This document shows positions 1 through 8,843 of a stretch of DNA of 64,000 bases, piece after piece. Location of the stretch: positions 6,915 through 70,914 of the forward strand of contig JBBQNR010000004.1 in NCBI GenBank assembly GCA_038330145.1. Direction: 5' to 3'. Position numbers and translations under genes: made by a program. The stretch's first letter is position 1. The number at the start of each line of letters is the position of its first letter. Below the pieces are notes generated by a model that had not been told where the DNA came from, did no database searches, and saw only the letters and a program-made list of their open reading frames with translations. This DNA comes from Solirubrobacterales bacterium. GTDB lineage: Bacteria > Actinomycetota > Thermoleophilia > Solirubrobacterales > JBBDJG01.

Positions 1-488
1 CGACCGTGGGTCCGTTCACACACCTGCGGCCGGGCGCAAAGCTGGGCGAGAACACCAAGGCCGGCGCGTTCGTGGAGATCAAGAACTCCGACGTGGGCGC
101 GGGCACCAAGGTCCCGCACCTGACGTACCTCGGCGACGCGGACGTCGGCGAGGGCAGCAACATCGGCGCCGGCACCATTACCGCCAACTACGACGGCAGG
201 CGCAAGCACCGAACGGTGATCGGCCGCGGCGTCCGAACGGGGGTCGACACCGCGCTGGTCGCACCCGTCACCGTCGGCGACGGCGCGTACACTGGCGCGG
301 GTTCGGTGATCACGAACGACGTGCCCGAGGGCGCGCTGGGCATAGCCAGGGCCCGGCAGACCAACGTGGAGGGCTACTCCGAGGGCGTCGAGCAGAGACC
401 CGACCGTGACGAGCCGCAGGACAACGGAACGGAGGCCGCGCAGGTGGAGGAAGCAACGGGCAAGAAGGGGGACTCAGAGCTTGACTGA
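1..488 (+). CDS. glmU: Bifunctional GlmU (UDP-N-acetylglucosamine pyrophosphorylase / GlcN-1-P acetyltransferase), C-terminal part; the 5' end lies outside the window
   Basis: The frame is open to the left edge. It shows a hexapeptide-repeat left-handed beta-helix sequence ([50 protein letters not shown]) typical of the GlmU acetyltransferase domain. It is followed directly by prs, a common glmU-prs arrangement. Confidence 0.85.
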   Translation, partial: TVGPFTHLRPGAKLGENTKAGAFVEIKNSDVGAGTKVPHLTYLGDADVGEGSNIGAGTITANYDGRRKHRTVIGRGVRTGVDTALVAPVTVGDGAYTGAGSVITNDVPEGALGIARARQTNVEGYSEGVEQRPDRDEPQDNGTEAAQVEEATGKKGDSELD

Positions 489-1530
489 AAGCGGAGCGAT
501 CCAGCTCCTCGACGAGCCTCTGGTCGGGGTTCCGGACCCCGAGATCTCGCTTCGCACGAGCTTCCCCGCCTCGTACGACAAGCACCTGATGGTGTTCGCC
601 GGGCGCGGCAGCCAGGAGCTCGGCCACAAGATCGCCGGCAAGCTGGGCATCGGGCTCGGCCGCGTGGACCTGAAGACCTTCTCCAACGGAGAGGTCTATT
701 GCCGCTACCTGGAGTCGATCCGTGGAGCGGACGTCTTCATCGTCCAATCCACGCACGCGCCGGTCAACCGCAACCTGATGGAGCTGTTGCTGATGATCGA
801 CGCCGCCAAGGGCGCGTCGGCGCACAGGATCATCGCGGTCACACCCTGGTTCGGCTATTCGCGCCAGGACAAGAAGTCGATGCCGCGAGAGCCGATTTCG
901 GCTCGGCTGGTCGCGCGCATGCTCGAGGCCGCCGGCGCGGACCGGGTGCTGACGATGCACCTGCACGCCGGCCAGGTCCAGGGCTTCTTCCAGATCCCGG
1001 TCGACCATCTGATCGCACGGCCGATGCTGACCCAGTACTTCCGGGACAAGGTCGTCGGCGAAGAGTGGGTTGCGGTGTCGGCCGACGCCGGTCGCGCAAA
1101 GCTGGCCGAGAAGTTCGCCGGTGAGCTGGGAGTGAAGCCGGCCTTCGTCACCAAGCAGCGCCCGGAGCACAACATCGCCGAGGCCGGATACGTCGTCGGC
1201 GACGTGGAGGGCAAGGCCGCGATCCTGGTCGACGACATGATCGACACGGCGGGAACGCTGATCGAGGCCGCGCGTGTGTTGCGCGCCTCCGGCGCCACGC
1301 GGGTGTTCGCAGCGGCGACTCACGGTGTCTTCTCCGGACCAGCGTTCGAACGACTGTCGGGGCCCGAGATCGAGGAGATCGTCGTCACCGACACGATTCC
1401 CCCCTCTCCCGAAGCCCCCGGCAAGATCAAGGTCCTGAGCGTGTCCGACGTGCTCGCGCGCTCGATCCGCTCGATCTTCACCGACGGCTCGGTCTCCGAG
1501 CTATTCGCCGGCGAGAACCAGCTTTTCTAA
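481..1530 (+). CDS. prs: Ribose-phosphate pyrophosphokinase (PRPP synthetase)
   Basis: Full-length Prs-like sequence: [46 protein letters not shown], and the PRPP loop [13 protein letters not shown]. The start is uncertain. TTG 481 overlaps the glmU stop; ATG 589 is the alternative. Confidence 0.9.
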   Translation: MTESGAIQLLDEPLVGVPDPEISLRTSFPASYDKHLMVFAGRGSQELGHKIAGKLGIGLGRVDLKTFSNGEVYCRYLESIRGADVFIVQSTHAPVNRNLMELLLMIDAAKGASAHRIIAVTPWFGYSRQDKKSMPREPISARLVARMLEAAGADRVLTMHLHAGQVQGFFQIPVDHLIARPMLTQYFRDKVVGEEWVAVSADAGRAKLAEKFAGELGVKPAFVTKQRPEHNIAEAGYVVGDVEGKAAILVDDMIDTAGTLIEAARVLRASGATRVFAAATHGVFSGPAFERLSGPEIEEIVVTDTIPPSPEAPGKIKVLSVSDVLARSIRSIFTDGSVSELFAGENQLF

Positions 1531-1540
1531 AGACCGGATT

Positions 1541-1717
1541 TCGCTTTAGAGCCCCTTACGAAATGCCCGTGATGCCTGAGGCGGCGAGAATCGAGCCAGG
1601 CAAGGACGCAGGGAGGCCGCATACCCAAGCGGTATGTGGCCGACCGAGGACGCAGGATGGCGATGATTCGCAGCCGCGTCAGGCGTTGCGGGTGTTTTTG
1701 TAAGGGGCTCTAAGCGA
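1541..1717. repeat. Long imperfect palindrome (three-tier hairpin) in the convergent prs / DUF6457-like intergenic region
   Basis: The arms 1541-1559 (tcgctttagagccccttac) and 1700-1717 (gtaaggggctctaagcga) are reverse complements apart from 1 nt. Inner pairs are gcctgaggcggcgagaatcg / cgattcgcagccgcgtcaggc and 1615-1625 ggccgcatacc / 1631-1641 ggtatgtggcc, around the loop caagc. Confidence 0.5.
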
Positions 1718-1728
1718 ATGACGGCCTT

Positions 1729-1935
1729 TTAATTCACGCTTTCCGCCACCTGGATCAGGTCGTCGAGCGGGCGGCCCGTGGTTCCGGCGATCCAGCACGC
1801 CACCGGGGCGGCCTTGCGCTCGGAGGCGTGGGCGGCCACGGAGGCCAAACGGAGTATTGCCTCGGTCGTATCCTCGTCCGGCGCAGGCACGCCGATTTCC
1901 CTGCAAAACGCCTGGATCCACTCATCCGCGGTCAT
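1729..1935 (-). CDS. Small hypothetical protein (DUF6457-like, 68 aa)
   Basis: The sequence MTADEWIQAFCREIGVPAPDEDTTEAILRLASVAAHASERKAAPVACWIAGTTG resembles small actinobacterial DUF6457 proteins as I remember them. An alternative ATG lies at 1965. The longer 185-aa ORF upstream is Arg/Ser-rich and looks like junk. Confidence 0.45.
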   Translation of the reverse strand: MTADEWIQAFCREIGVPAPDEDTTEAILRLASVAAHASERKAAPVACWIAGTTGRPLDDLIQVAESVN

Positions 1936-2173
1936 CGCGTTCCCTTCTCGTGCTGGTTGTGACATATTCGTCCTCGCGCTGTCCGATAGTCGGTAGGAGG
2001 ATCCCGCTGATTCTGGAACCCATCTCCGAAGCGGACTAGATTGTGGCGCTCGTGCCTCCCCGAGCGCAAGGCGGCCGCGGCCGGCTCGCGGCGCTACCTG
2101 CGACAGGCACGCGTGTTTGAATGAGCGGCTGCGGCGACGGCTCCGTGCCGTCCCGTCAGAGATCGCGACTCGG

Positions 2174-3760
2174 ATGACCGACACCAATCCCCGCATTCCC
2201 GCGCCGCTGGCCGACCCGCCCGAACGGGTCGGGCCCGAGTCCGACCGGATGGCCGAGCGCGCCTCGACGCTGCGGGTCGCGAGCACGATCCCGGTGCCGG
2301 CCGGTCACGACGAGGTCACGCGCGACGTTCGCGCTCGCAGGCCTAGCCTGCTGACCGCGCTTCGGCGCGGTCGCGCACCGCAGCGGCTGGCCCGCGTGGC
2401 GTCGCTGCTGGCGCTCGACTTCGGCGCCATCTGGTTGGCGATCTTCTCCGCGCTGGCCTTCAAGGAGGCTGTCCGGGACACCTACTCGTTCGACCGCGTC
2501 AGCGGCCAGACCGGGGACTACCTGCCGTTCGTGTTCCTGGTCACCGCGCTGCTGTTCGCGCGCAGCCAGCTCTACTCCCGTCGTGAGGCGCGGCCGGGCC
2601 TGGTGGCGATCACGGCGGCGCTGTTCCAGGTCACGATCGTGTCCGCGCTGTTCGCAATCGCGAACGGGCTCGAGTTCCGCTCCTACTACATCTTCTATGG
2701 CGGCTTCGTGTTCGGAGTCGTCTGCCTGGCGTCCGCCCGCTGGCTCTACGAGCGCGGCATCGGCGCGCTGCTGAGAGCGGTCGGCCACAACCGGCGCGCG
2801 CTCCTGGTCGGGTCCGGGGATCAGATCGAGGCAGTGGCCCACGCGCTCGGTGGCAACAACGCCCGCTACGAGACCGTCGGCTACATCTCGCTCACGCCGC
2901 GGCCCGACAACGGGCTGCGCAACCTCGGCCGCCTGGAGGACCTGCCGCGGCTGCTCGACGAGCACAGGATCAGCGAGGTCATAATCGCCGACCCCAGCTT
3001 CCCGCAGAACCAGGCGCTGGAGCTGGTGGACACCTGCCGCGAGCACAACGTCGCCGTTCGCATCGCGCCCACGACGATGGAGATCATGACCCACCGGCAC
3101 GAGCTGGTGCCCGGGCAGAGCATGCCGCTGTTCGAGCTCAAGCCGCCGGTCTTCGAGGGCATCGACTTCGTCGTCAAGAGGACGTTCGACGTCGTCGGCT
3201 CGGTGCTGCTGCTGGGCGTGATGTCGCCGCTGCTGCTGACGATCTCCGCCGCCGTCAAGCTGACGTCCCGGGGCCCTGTCCTCTACCGCAGCCGACGGCC
3301 CGGCATCGGCGGCCAGCCCTTCGACTGCCTCAAGTTCCGCACCATGCAGTCGAACGCCGACCACCGCCAGGCCGAGCTGGAGGGCGACAACGAGGCCAGC
3401 GGCCCGCTTTTCAAGATCCGCAGCGATCCCCGCCTGACGCCGATCGGCGGCTTCCTGCGCCGCTACAGCCTCGACGAGCTGCCGCAGCTGGTCAACGTGC
3501 TGCGTGGCGAGATGTCGCTGGTGGGCCCGCGGCCGCTGCCCGAGCGCGACTATCAGAGGCTGAGGGACTGGCACCGCAAGCGCTACCTGGTGCTCCCGGG
3601 CATCACGGGCCTGTGGCAGATCTCGGGCAGGGCCGACCTCGACTTCGACGAGTTGGTGCGCCTCGACTTCGTCTACCTCGAGCGCTGGAGCGTGTTCCTC
3701 GACGTCTCGATCATGCTCAAGACGGTGCCGGCCGTGCTGACCAGGAAGGGCGCCTTCTAG
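2174..3760 (+). CDS. Polyprenyl-phosphate sugar-phosphate transferase (WbaP/exopolysaccharide initiating enzyme, bacterial sugar transferase family)
   Basis: TM helices near the N terminus, a central Rossmann-like region (ALLVGSGDQ), and the classic C-terminal catalytic domain: KRTFDVVGS..SPLLL, LYRSRRPG..GQPFDCLKFRTM, GPLFKIRSDPRLTPIGGFLRRYSLDELPQLVNVLRGEMSLVGPRP, PGITGLWQISGR. ATG 2174 was chosen as the start; the ORF opens at 2117. Confidence 0.85.
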   Translation: MTDTNPRIPAPLADPPERVGPESDRMAERASTLRVASTIPVPAGHDEVTRDVRARRPSLLTALRRGRAPQRLARVASLLALDFGAIWLAIFSALAFKEAVRDTYSFDRVSGQTGDYLPFVFLVTALLFARSQLYSRREARPGLVAITAALFQVTIVSALFAIANGLEFRSYYIFYGGFVFGVVCLASARWLYERGIGALLRAVGHNRRALLVGSGDQIEAVAHALGGNNARYETVGYISLTPRPDNGLRNLGRLEDLPRLLDEHRISEVIIADPSFPQNQALELVDTCREHNVAVRIAPTTMEIMTHRHELVPGQSMPLFELKPPVFEGIDFVVKRTFDVVGSVLLLGVMSPLLLTISAAVKLTSRGPVLYRSRRPGIGGQPFDCLKFRTMQSNADHRQAELEGDNEASGPLFKIRSDPRLTPIGGFLRRYSLDELPQLVNVLRGEMSLVGPRPLPERDYQRLRDWHRKRYLVLPGITGLWQISGRADLDFDELVRLDFVYLERWSVFLDVSIMLKTVPAVLTRKGAF

Positions 3761-3815
3761 ACGCAGGGAGGGCATCCGGATAACGTCGGAGGGGGGCACG
3801 TCTGAGAAGCACCGT

Positions 3816-4442
3816 TTGACCCTGCACGACGAGATCTGGGGGCAGGTTCCCGAGCAGCGGCCGCTCGATCGCGCCGCGCTGGACTTCGCGCTCGAGACGG
3901 TGCGAGAGGCGAACGCGCCGGGTCTCGGCGGAGGCTCGCCGAAGGTGCTCGACCTCGGCGTGGGGGACGGGCGGATCGCGACAGAGCTGGCGCGCACCGG
4001 CGCCGCCGTCACAGGGGTGGATCCCTCACGGGTGGCGCTCGAGCTTGCGCGCGCGGCGCATCCCGAGCTGGAGCTGGTGGCGACGCTCGAGGACGGCCGG
4101 CTCCCCTTCGAGGACGCGATCTTCGACGTGGTCGTGTGTCTCGATGTGCTCCAGCACGTCGCCGACACGCAGGCGCTGCTGTCGGAGGCACGCAGGGTGC
4201 TGCGGCCCGGCGGGGACCTGGCGGTCTCGGTTCCATGGCACGGGCGGCTGCGCAGCGCGCTGATCGCGCTGTTCTCGTTCGAGCGACACCACGACCCGCT
4301 GGAGCCGGTGCTGCGTTTCTACTCGGCGCGCTCGCTCGGCGATCTGCTGGAGCGGTTCGGGTTCGAGCAGCCGCAGCTGCTCGGGGTCGGCGGGCCGCCG
4401 CTCGCCAGGCAGACCTTGCTGGCGCGCGCTCGCCGGGCCTAG
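3816..4442 (+). CDS. Class I SAM-dependent methyltransferase
   Basis: Motif I VLDLGVGDGRIA, post-I VTGVDPS, and FDVVVCLDVLQHV..ARRVLRPGGDLAVSVP. The start is TTG at 3816. Confidence 0.75.
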   Translation: MTLHDEIWGQVPEQRPLDRAALDFALETVREANAPGLGGGSPKVLDLGVGDGRIATELARTGAAVTGVDPSRVALELARAAHPELELVATLEDGRLPFEDAIFDVVVCLDVLQHVADTQALLSEARRVLRPGGDLAVSVPWHGRLRSALIALFSFERHHDPLEPVLRFYSARSLGDLLERFGFEQPQLLGVGGPPLARQTLLARARRA

Positions 4443-4473
4443 ATGGGTCCGGCGAAACGGCCGGCTGCGCTGG

Positions 4474-5055
4474 TCACGGCGACTGCGGCAGCCCCGCGGC
4501 TTCGAGGGCCTCGGCGTGGTCGTAGTACTCCTGCATGCGGAATATTTGGCCGTCCTTGAGCGTAATGACAAGCGCAAACGCCTCCGTGAGCTCGATACCG
4601 CTCGCCTGAGCGCGCATTGGCACGTTTGCGAGTACCACCTGCCGTTCCCCGAGGTCGACCAGTTCCACCGGCTTCACGTAGACCTCCGAGCCAAAGACCT
4701 CCGCGGTGGAAGCCACGTACCTGCGGTGGCCCTCCGGACCGCGATAGTGCGGCTCCAAGAGCCCGGACTCGACCCATTCGCGGGCTGGGTGGTACTCGAA
4801 GTCGGGGTGGTAGCCGATTCCGATCACGTCCATATCGCGGCGGTTGTAGGCCTCCAGCGCGAGCCGCGTCGCTCGCCACAGGGTCGCCTGGCGCAGACGC
4901 GAACCGGGTGGCAGCTTGGCGATGTGGCGAAGATTGGCAGCCGCCAGCCGGGGGAACCGCAGAGCAAGCCGCTGGTCGAGTGTCCGGCGCGACCGCTCAC
5001 GCACCCGCAGCGGTTTGCGCACGAACTCGACGTTCTTCGGCCTCCCCTGAGTCAT
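4474..5055 (-). CDS. SnoaL-like / NTF2-fold protein (paralog 1 of 3)
   Basis: The C-terminal 130 aa align by eye with the ORFs at 10892 and 60414 (..EAYNRRD..PDFEYH..GPEG..VVLANVPMRAQASGIELTEAFALVITLKDGQIFRMQEYYDHAEALEAAGL). Its ATG overlaps the stop of the upstream ligase-like gene (ATGA, 5052-5055). Confidence 0.6.
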   Translation of the reverse strand: MTQGRPKNVEFVRKPLRVRERSRRTLDQRLALRFPRLAAANLRHIAKLPPGSRLRQATLWRATRLALEAYNRRDMDVIGIGYHPDFEYHPAREWVESGLLEPHYRGPEGHRRYVASTAEVFGSEVYVKPVELVDLGERQVVLANVPMRAQASGIELTEAFALVITLKDGQIFRMQEYYDHAEALEAAGLPQSP

Positions 5056-7199
5056 CGCCCGTGCTGGCGGCGGGTGCGCCCGAGCCGGCGGGTGCGCTCG
5101 AGCCGGTCGGCGCGCAGGGCGAGCAGGTAGCTGTTGCGGGCGGCGTCCGAGAGCGGGTCCAGATAGATCGCGCCCCGCAGCACCGGCAGCGCGCGCGTCG
5201 GGTCCGACATCGTCGCCAGCAGGTAGTTACCGAGCCGCAGCCATGCCTCCGCATTGGCGGGCTCGACCTGTACCGCGTGCTCGAGCAGGTCGACTGCCGC
5301 ACGGCTGTCCCCGCGGGCGTCCTCCACCGCCGCCAGCTCGAAGTAGGGCTCGGGGGAGAGAGGGTTGATGTCCCTGGCCTGCTCCGCTGTCGCGTGCGCG
5401 CGGGCGTAGTCTCCCTGCGCGACCAGCCTGAGCGCGTCAGAGCCCTTCTCCTCGGCGCGCCACGGTTGGGCGACGGCGAGCGCCGCCAGCGCGGCGACCA
5501 CCAAGACCGGAACGGCCAGCGCGGCGCGCTCGTAGAGCAGACGGCCCCGCGGCAGCGAGGCCCGCGCTGTTTCGAGCGCCGGCGGCCCGGGCTCGGACGG
5601 CCGGGAGCCGATCGGGCCGCGGCCGGCCACCCAGCCGGCACAGAAGAGCGCCGTAATGGTGACCGCCGGCACGAACCAGGTCCAGTCGATCGCCGAGTGC
5701 ACGCCGAAGACCACCGCCACCAGGGCGAGGGTCACGAGGCCGACGCGCTCCCGCCCCCAGCGCGCGCCGCCCGCGATCGTGCGGCCGCGGCGCAGGTCGA
5801 GTGTGTTGCGCGCGGCCAGCGCCCAGGCCGCGAGCAGGGCAAGGCTGACGGCAAGGCCGATCAGTCCAAGGTCGGCGAGCGTCTGCAGCACGTAGCCGTG
5901 GGCGTGCTTGGCGCGTGCCTGCTCCTTGCGATAGCGAAGCTGTGCCTGCGCAAAGGAGCCGGCTCCGGCACCGGCGAGCGAGTGGTCCTGCCAGACGTCG
6001 ATTGCCCGGCGCCAGTAGATCGAGCGCACGCTTGCTGTCTCGGTGAGGCGGCCCGGTGAGTTCTGCGGCGTGACGGCAGCGGCCTGCGTGAGGTCGTGCC
6101 AGCGATCGGAGAAGGTGCCGCCGATGCCGCGGTCGCTGAACGCGAGGGCGCCGAGCACCAGCACGGGGATCACGGCTACCAGAGCAATCGCCGCGGTTCC
6201 GATCCGCCGCCTGGTCGGCTCGGCGAGCGGTCGCCGCTCTGCGCGGCGCTGGATCAGTACACCGGCCGCGAACAGGACCACCACCATCGCCAGCAGGATC
6301 AGGCCCAGCTCGATGCCGGCGTCCTTGCGGTCGGCGAGCGGGATGCGGTCGTCGGTGAGGGCGCTGCGGCTGAAGGCCCAGGCGGTGACTGCGCCGGCTG
6401 CGAGCAGCGAGGGCAGCAGCAGCGCCAGGCTCCGCAGGCGCACGGGCACGACGATCAGCCAGATCGCGATGCCGGCGGCCGCGGCGACGATGCTCCCGCG
6501 CGAGAAGCTCAGCAGCAGCGTTACGGTGAAGAGCGCCAGCAGCGGCCAGGCGAGCGCGTTCACGATCCGGGCGCCGCCTTCGCGCGTGGCGAGCCAGAGG
6601 CAGATCGGGATGCCCATCGCGGCGGTGACGCCGACGGCGTTCCAGTATCCGTACGGCTCGCGCAGGCGGCCGTAGGTCTCGTCGGGCGCCAGCCAGGCCG
6701 GCGCGATCTTGGTCGCGAGCCCCCAAAGACAGATCGCGGCCAGCGCAAGCAGCACGCCGGCGAGCACCGCGTTCCAGCGTCCGCGCGAGATGCGCACCGC
6801 CGCAACACCGGCGCCGAATGCGGCCAGGTAGGCCAGCGAGCGGTTGGTCTCGACCCAGCTGTCGGCCGGATGCAGCGACCAGGCGATGGAGAGGGCGGTG
6901 AGGGCCGCCAGTGCGGCCATCGCACCGAGCGCGAGGCCGCCGTGCAGCCGCGCCTGGAAGCCGATCACCATCAGCGCGGTCGCGACCATCAGCGCGCCGA
7001 TCACGATGACGGCCACCTCGACCAGCGTCGACGTGCCGAGCTGCAGGCCGCCGTTGGCGATGAAGGCGGCGGCCGCCAGCGCGGCGGCGAGAGCGAGCGC
7101 TATCGCGGCGTCGGTGCTGCGGAAAAGCCTTCGAACCGCCTCCCGCACGCTCACCAGCGTGCGCGCCGGCGCGGGTCTAGCGGCGGCGTGAGATTCCAC
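5052..7199 (-). CDS. O-antigen ligase / Wzy_C-like polytopic membrane protein with a C-terminal TPR domain
   Basis: About 12 hydrophobic helices and a Wzy_C-like segment (LLLSFSRGSIVAAAAGIAIWL). The C-terminal soluble part carries TPR-like repeats (AEQARDINPLSPEPYFELAAVEDARGDSRAAVDLLEHAVQVEPANAEAWLRLGNYL). GTG 7199 overlaps the upstream gene by 23 nt; GTG 7154 and 7148 are alternative starts. Confidence 0.7.
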   Translation of the reverse strand: MESHAAARPAPARTLVSVREAVRRLFRSTDAAIALALAAALAAAAFIANGGLQLGTSTLVEVAVIVIGALMVATALMVIGFQARLHGGLALGAMAALAALTALSIAWSLHPADSWVETNRSLAYLAAFGAGVAAVRISRGRWNAVLAGVLLALAAICLWGLATKIAPAWLAPDETYGRLREPYGYWNAVGVTAAMGIPICLWLATREGGARIVNALAWPLLALFTVTLLLSFSRGSIVAAAAGIAIWLIVVPVRLRSLALLLPSLLAAGAVTAWAFSRSALTDDRIPLADRKDAGIELGLILLAMVVVLFAAGVLIQRRAERRPLAEPTRRRIGTAAIALVAVIPVLVLGALAFSDRGIGGTFSDRWHDLTQAAAVTPQNSPGRLTETASVRSIYWRRAIDVWQDHSLAGAGAGSFAQAQLRYRKEQARAKHAHGYVLQTLADLGLIGLAVSLALLAAWALAARNTLDLRRGRTIAGGARWGRERVGLVTLALVAVVFGVHSAIDWTWFVPAVTITALFCAGWVAGRGPIGSRPSEPGPPALETARASLPRGRLLYERAALAVPVLVVAALAALAVAQPWRAEEKGSDALRLVAQGDYARAHATAEQARDINPLSPEPYFELAAVEDARGDSRAAVDLLEHAVQVEPANAEAWLRLGNYLLATMSDPTRALPVLRGAIYLDPLSDAARNSYLLALRADRLERTRRLGRTRRQHGR

Positions 7200-7818
7200 G
7201 CCTCACTCCCTCCCTGAACCTGTTCAGCGCGGCACCCGCCGATTGCCATGCGGCGGGCCAGCGCCGCTGGGACGCGTAGGCGGCACCGGCGGCCATTGCC
7301 AACGCCAACAGCGCCAGCACCAGCACCAGCATCGTGGGCAGCTCCGTGCCGAGGCCGGCGGTGGCCAGCGGCGCTCCGCTGGCGCCGGGCTCGACGGCCC
7401 TGCCGCCGATTTCGACAGGACCTCGCCTGCCCGCGTCGGCCAGGCTGCGCTGCTCTGTCTGGCTCGGCGCGGAGGCCGCGTCGACCTTGTTGACCACGCT
7501 CTTCTTCTGGACGCGGCCAGACTTGCCGCCGGCGCCCAGCTGAGCCGCCCGGATCTCCGCACGGCAGTCCGGGTACTCGTCGATGTCGGAGGGGAGCTGG
7601 TCCAGCGCTCCCGACAGCTCGTCCTGCGAGTACTTGCCGTCGAGCGAGCCGTCCTCCGAGCAGTCGCGGATCACGTCCATCGCGCTCGCGTGCGCCGGGG
7701 GCGTGGCAGCGGACAGCGTTATCGCTGCGGCGGCGAGGGCCAGCAAACCGAGCCAGGCGTGGGTGCGCCAAACGTGTGGCGCGTGGACGGGATTCGTTGT
7801 CGCGGGTCGTCCCTTCAT
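7177..7818 (-). CDS. Secreted or anchored hypothetical protein with an EF-hand-like loop and a C-terminal TM helix
   Basis: Signal peptide (WLGLLALAAAAITLSAATPPAHA), a canonical EF-hand-type loop DGSLDGKYSQDE flanked by two Cys residues, and a C-terminal hydrophobic anchor (LPTMLVLVLALLALAMAAGAAYA) followed by basic residues. Confidence 0.5.
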   Translation of the reverse strand: MKGRPATTNPVHAPHVWRTHAWLGLLALAAAAITLSAATPPAHASAMDVIRDCSEDGSLDGKYSQDELSGALDQLPSDIDEYPDCRAEIRAAQLGAGGKSGRVQKKSVVNKVDAASAPSQTEQRSLADAGRRGPVEIGGRAVEPGASGAPLATAGLGTELPTMLVLVLALLALAMAAGAAYASQRRWPAAWQSAGAALNRFREGVRRGISRRR

Positions 7819-7963
7819 CGTGAAAGTTGCCCGGGGCAGTCGTAAAGAACTGGATTTGGCGGGCGCTGACCTGACTAACCCCTCGGACGGTCCAAAAGCG
7901 CGCGGCGCCGAATTCAACGGCGCAGACTACCGGGCGCTGCCGCCGGTTTCTCCGCAGGGCACC

Positions 7964-8830
7964 TCACCAGCTGCGGTAGCGCTCCACCACCTCCAGCGCG
8001 GTGTGGCGGTCGATGTGGGTCCTGTCGGCCAGGAACCGGCGCAGCTCCTCCACCGCCGCCGTGCGGTCGTAGCCGCTTGCCGTCACGCGGGCCTCGTGAC
8101 GGATGGGCACGGCGTCGACGATCCCCAGCCGCCAGCTCCGCTCGAGCGCCAGCCCGCCCCAGTGCAGGTCGAGGCCCCAGCCCATTCGCAGCGGCGGAAA
8201 GGGCAGCAGGTCCCCGGACAGCGAGCGATGGAAGGCCGTCACCGGCCCGATCTCGACCATGCGCGTGCGCCGCGTCACCAGCCCGCGCGCCCGGCGGCAG
8301 ACCGACCAGGCTGCGTGGCTGGTGTGACGATGCGCCGGCTGCGCGAGCTGCAGGCCGAAGCGCTCGGCCAGGAACAGCATGCGGTCGAGAAAGCCGCCCG
8401 GCAGCGCAACGTCGTCGTCGATCGCCAGCACCCAATCGCGCTCGCCCGCAGGCGCGCTCTCGAGCAGCCGGTTGAGGTTCTCGAACTTGCCGCTGCCGCG
8501 CAGTCCCGTCGCGACCGTGTGGGCGGCGAGCGATGGCGCCGCGCCGTCGAGCGCGCCGAGCACGATGCTCACGTCGCGCTCGCTGTGCGAGAGCTCGCGC
8601 ATCGCTCGCTCCATGACGCCGGCGCAGTCCGGCGAGTAGATGCCGAGCACCAGAACGCTGCCGCTCGCTGCCGCGCTGGCGTCGCGAGCAAGTCGCGGCG
8701 GCACCAGCCGGGCCCAGAAAGCGCCGTCGTCGATCAGGTCCTTGGCGTGCGCGCGTGTGCGCGCCCGTGGGCCAAGCACGATGCCGCTCTCGCCCGACAG
8801 CAGACGGTCGACGTCGAGCTCAGTGCTCAC
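7964..8830 (-). CDS. Putative GT-A-fold glycosyltransferase-like protein (family not recognised)
   Basis: Codon usage is coherent and there is an acidic DxD-type motif (WVLAIDDDVALP). GTG 8830 lies 14 nt after the stop of the upstream GT2. The assignment is tentative. Confidence 0.45.
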   Translation of the reverse strand: MSTELDVDRLLSGESGIVLGPRARTRAHAKDLIDDGAFWARLVPPRLARDASAAASGSVLVLGIYSPDCAGVMERAMRELSHSERDVSIVLGALDGAAPSLAAHTVATGLRGSGKFENLNRLLESAPAGERDWVLAIDDDVALPGGFLDRMLFLAERFGLQLAQPAHRHTSHAAWSVCRRARGLVTRRTRMVEIGPVTAFHRSLSGDLLPFPPLRMGWGLDLHWGGLALERSWRLGIVDAVPIRHEARVTASGYDRTAAVEELRRFLADRTHIDRHTALEVVERYRSW

Positions 8831-8843
8831 CCCGGCTCGCCGC

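Noticed and set aside
1541-1717. The palindromic element as a tRNA, riboswitch or known actinobacterial sRNA (for example 6C)
   Set aside because: It has no cloverleaf and no C-rich twin loops or other motif I can match. It sits downstream of two convergent genes rather than in a 5' UTR. It is kept only as an unclassified structured repeat.
2156-4168. A 670-aa minus-strand ORF antisense to the WbaP-like gene and the first methyltransferase
   Set aside because: Its composition is Arg/Ala/Gly/Pro-rich and low-complexity, with no recognisable motif. It fully overlaps two plus-strand genes with strong family signatures. This is a typical shadow ORF in high-GC DNA.
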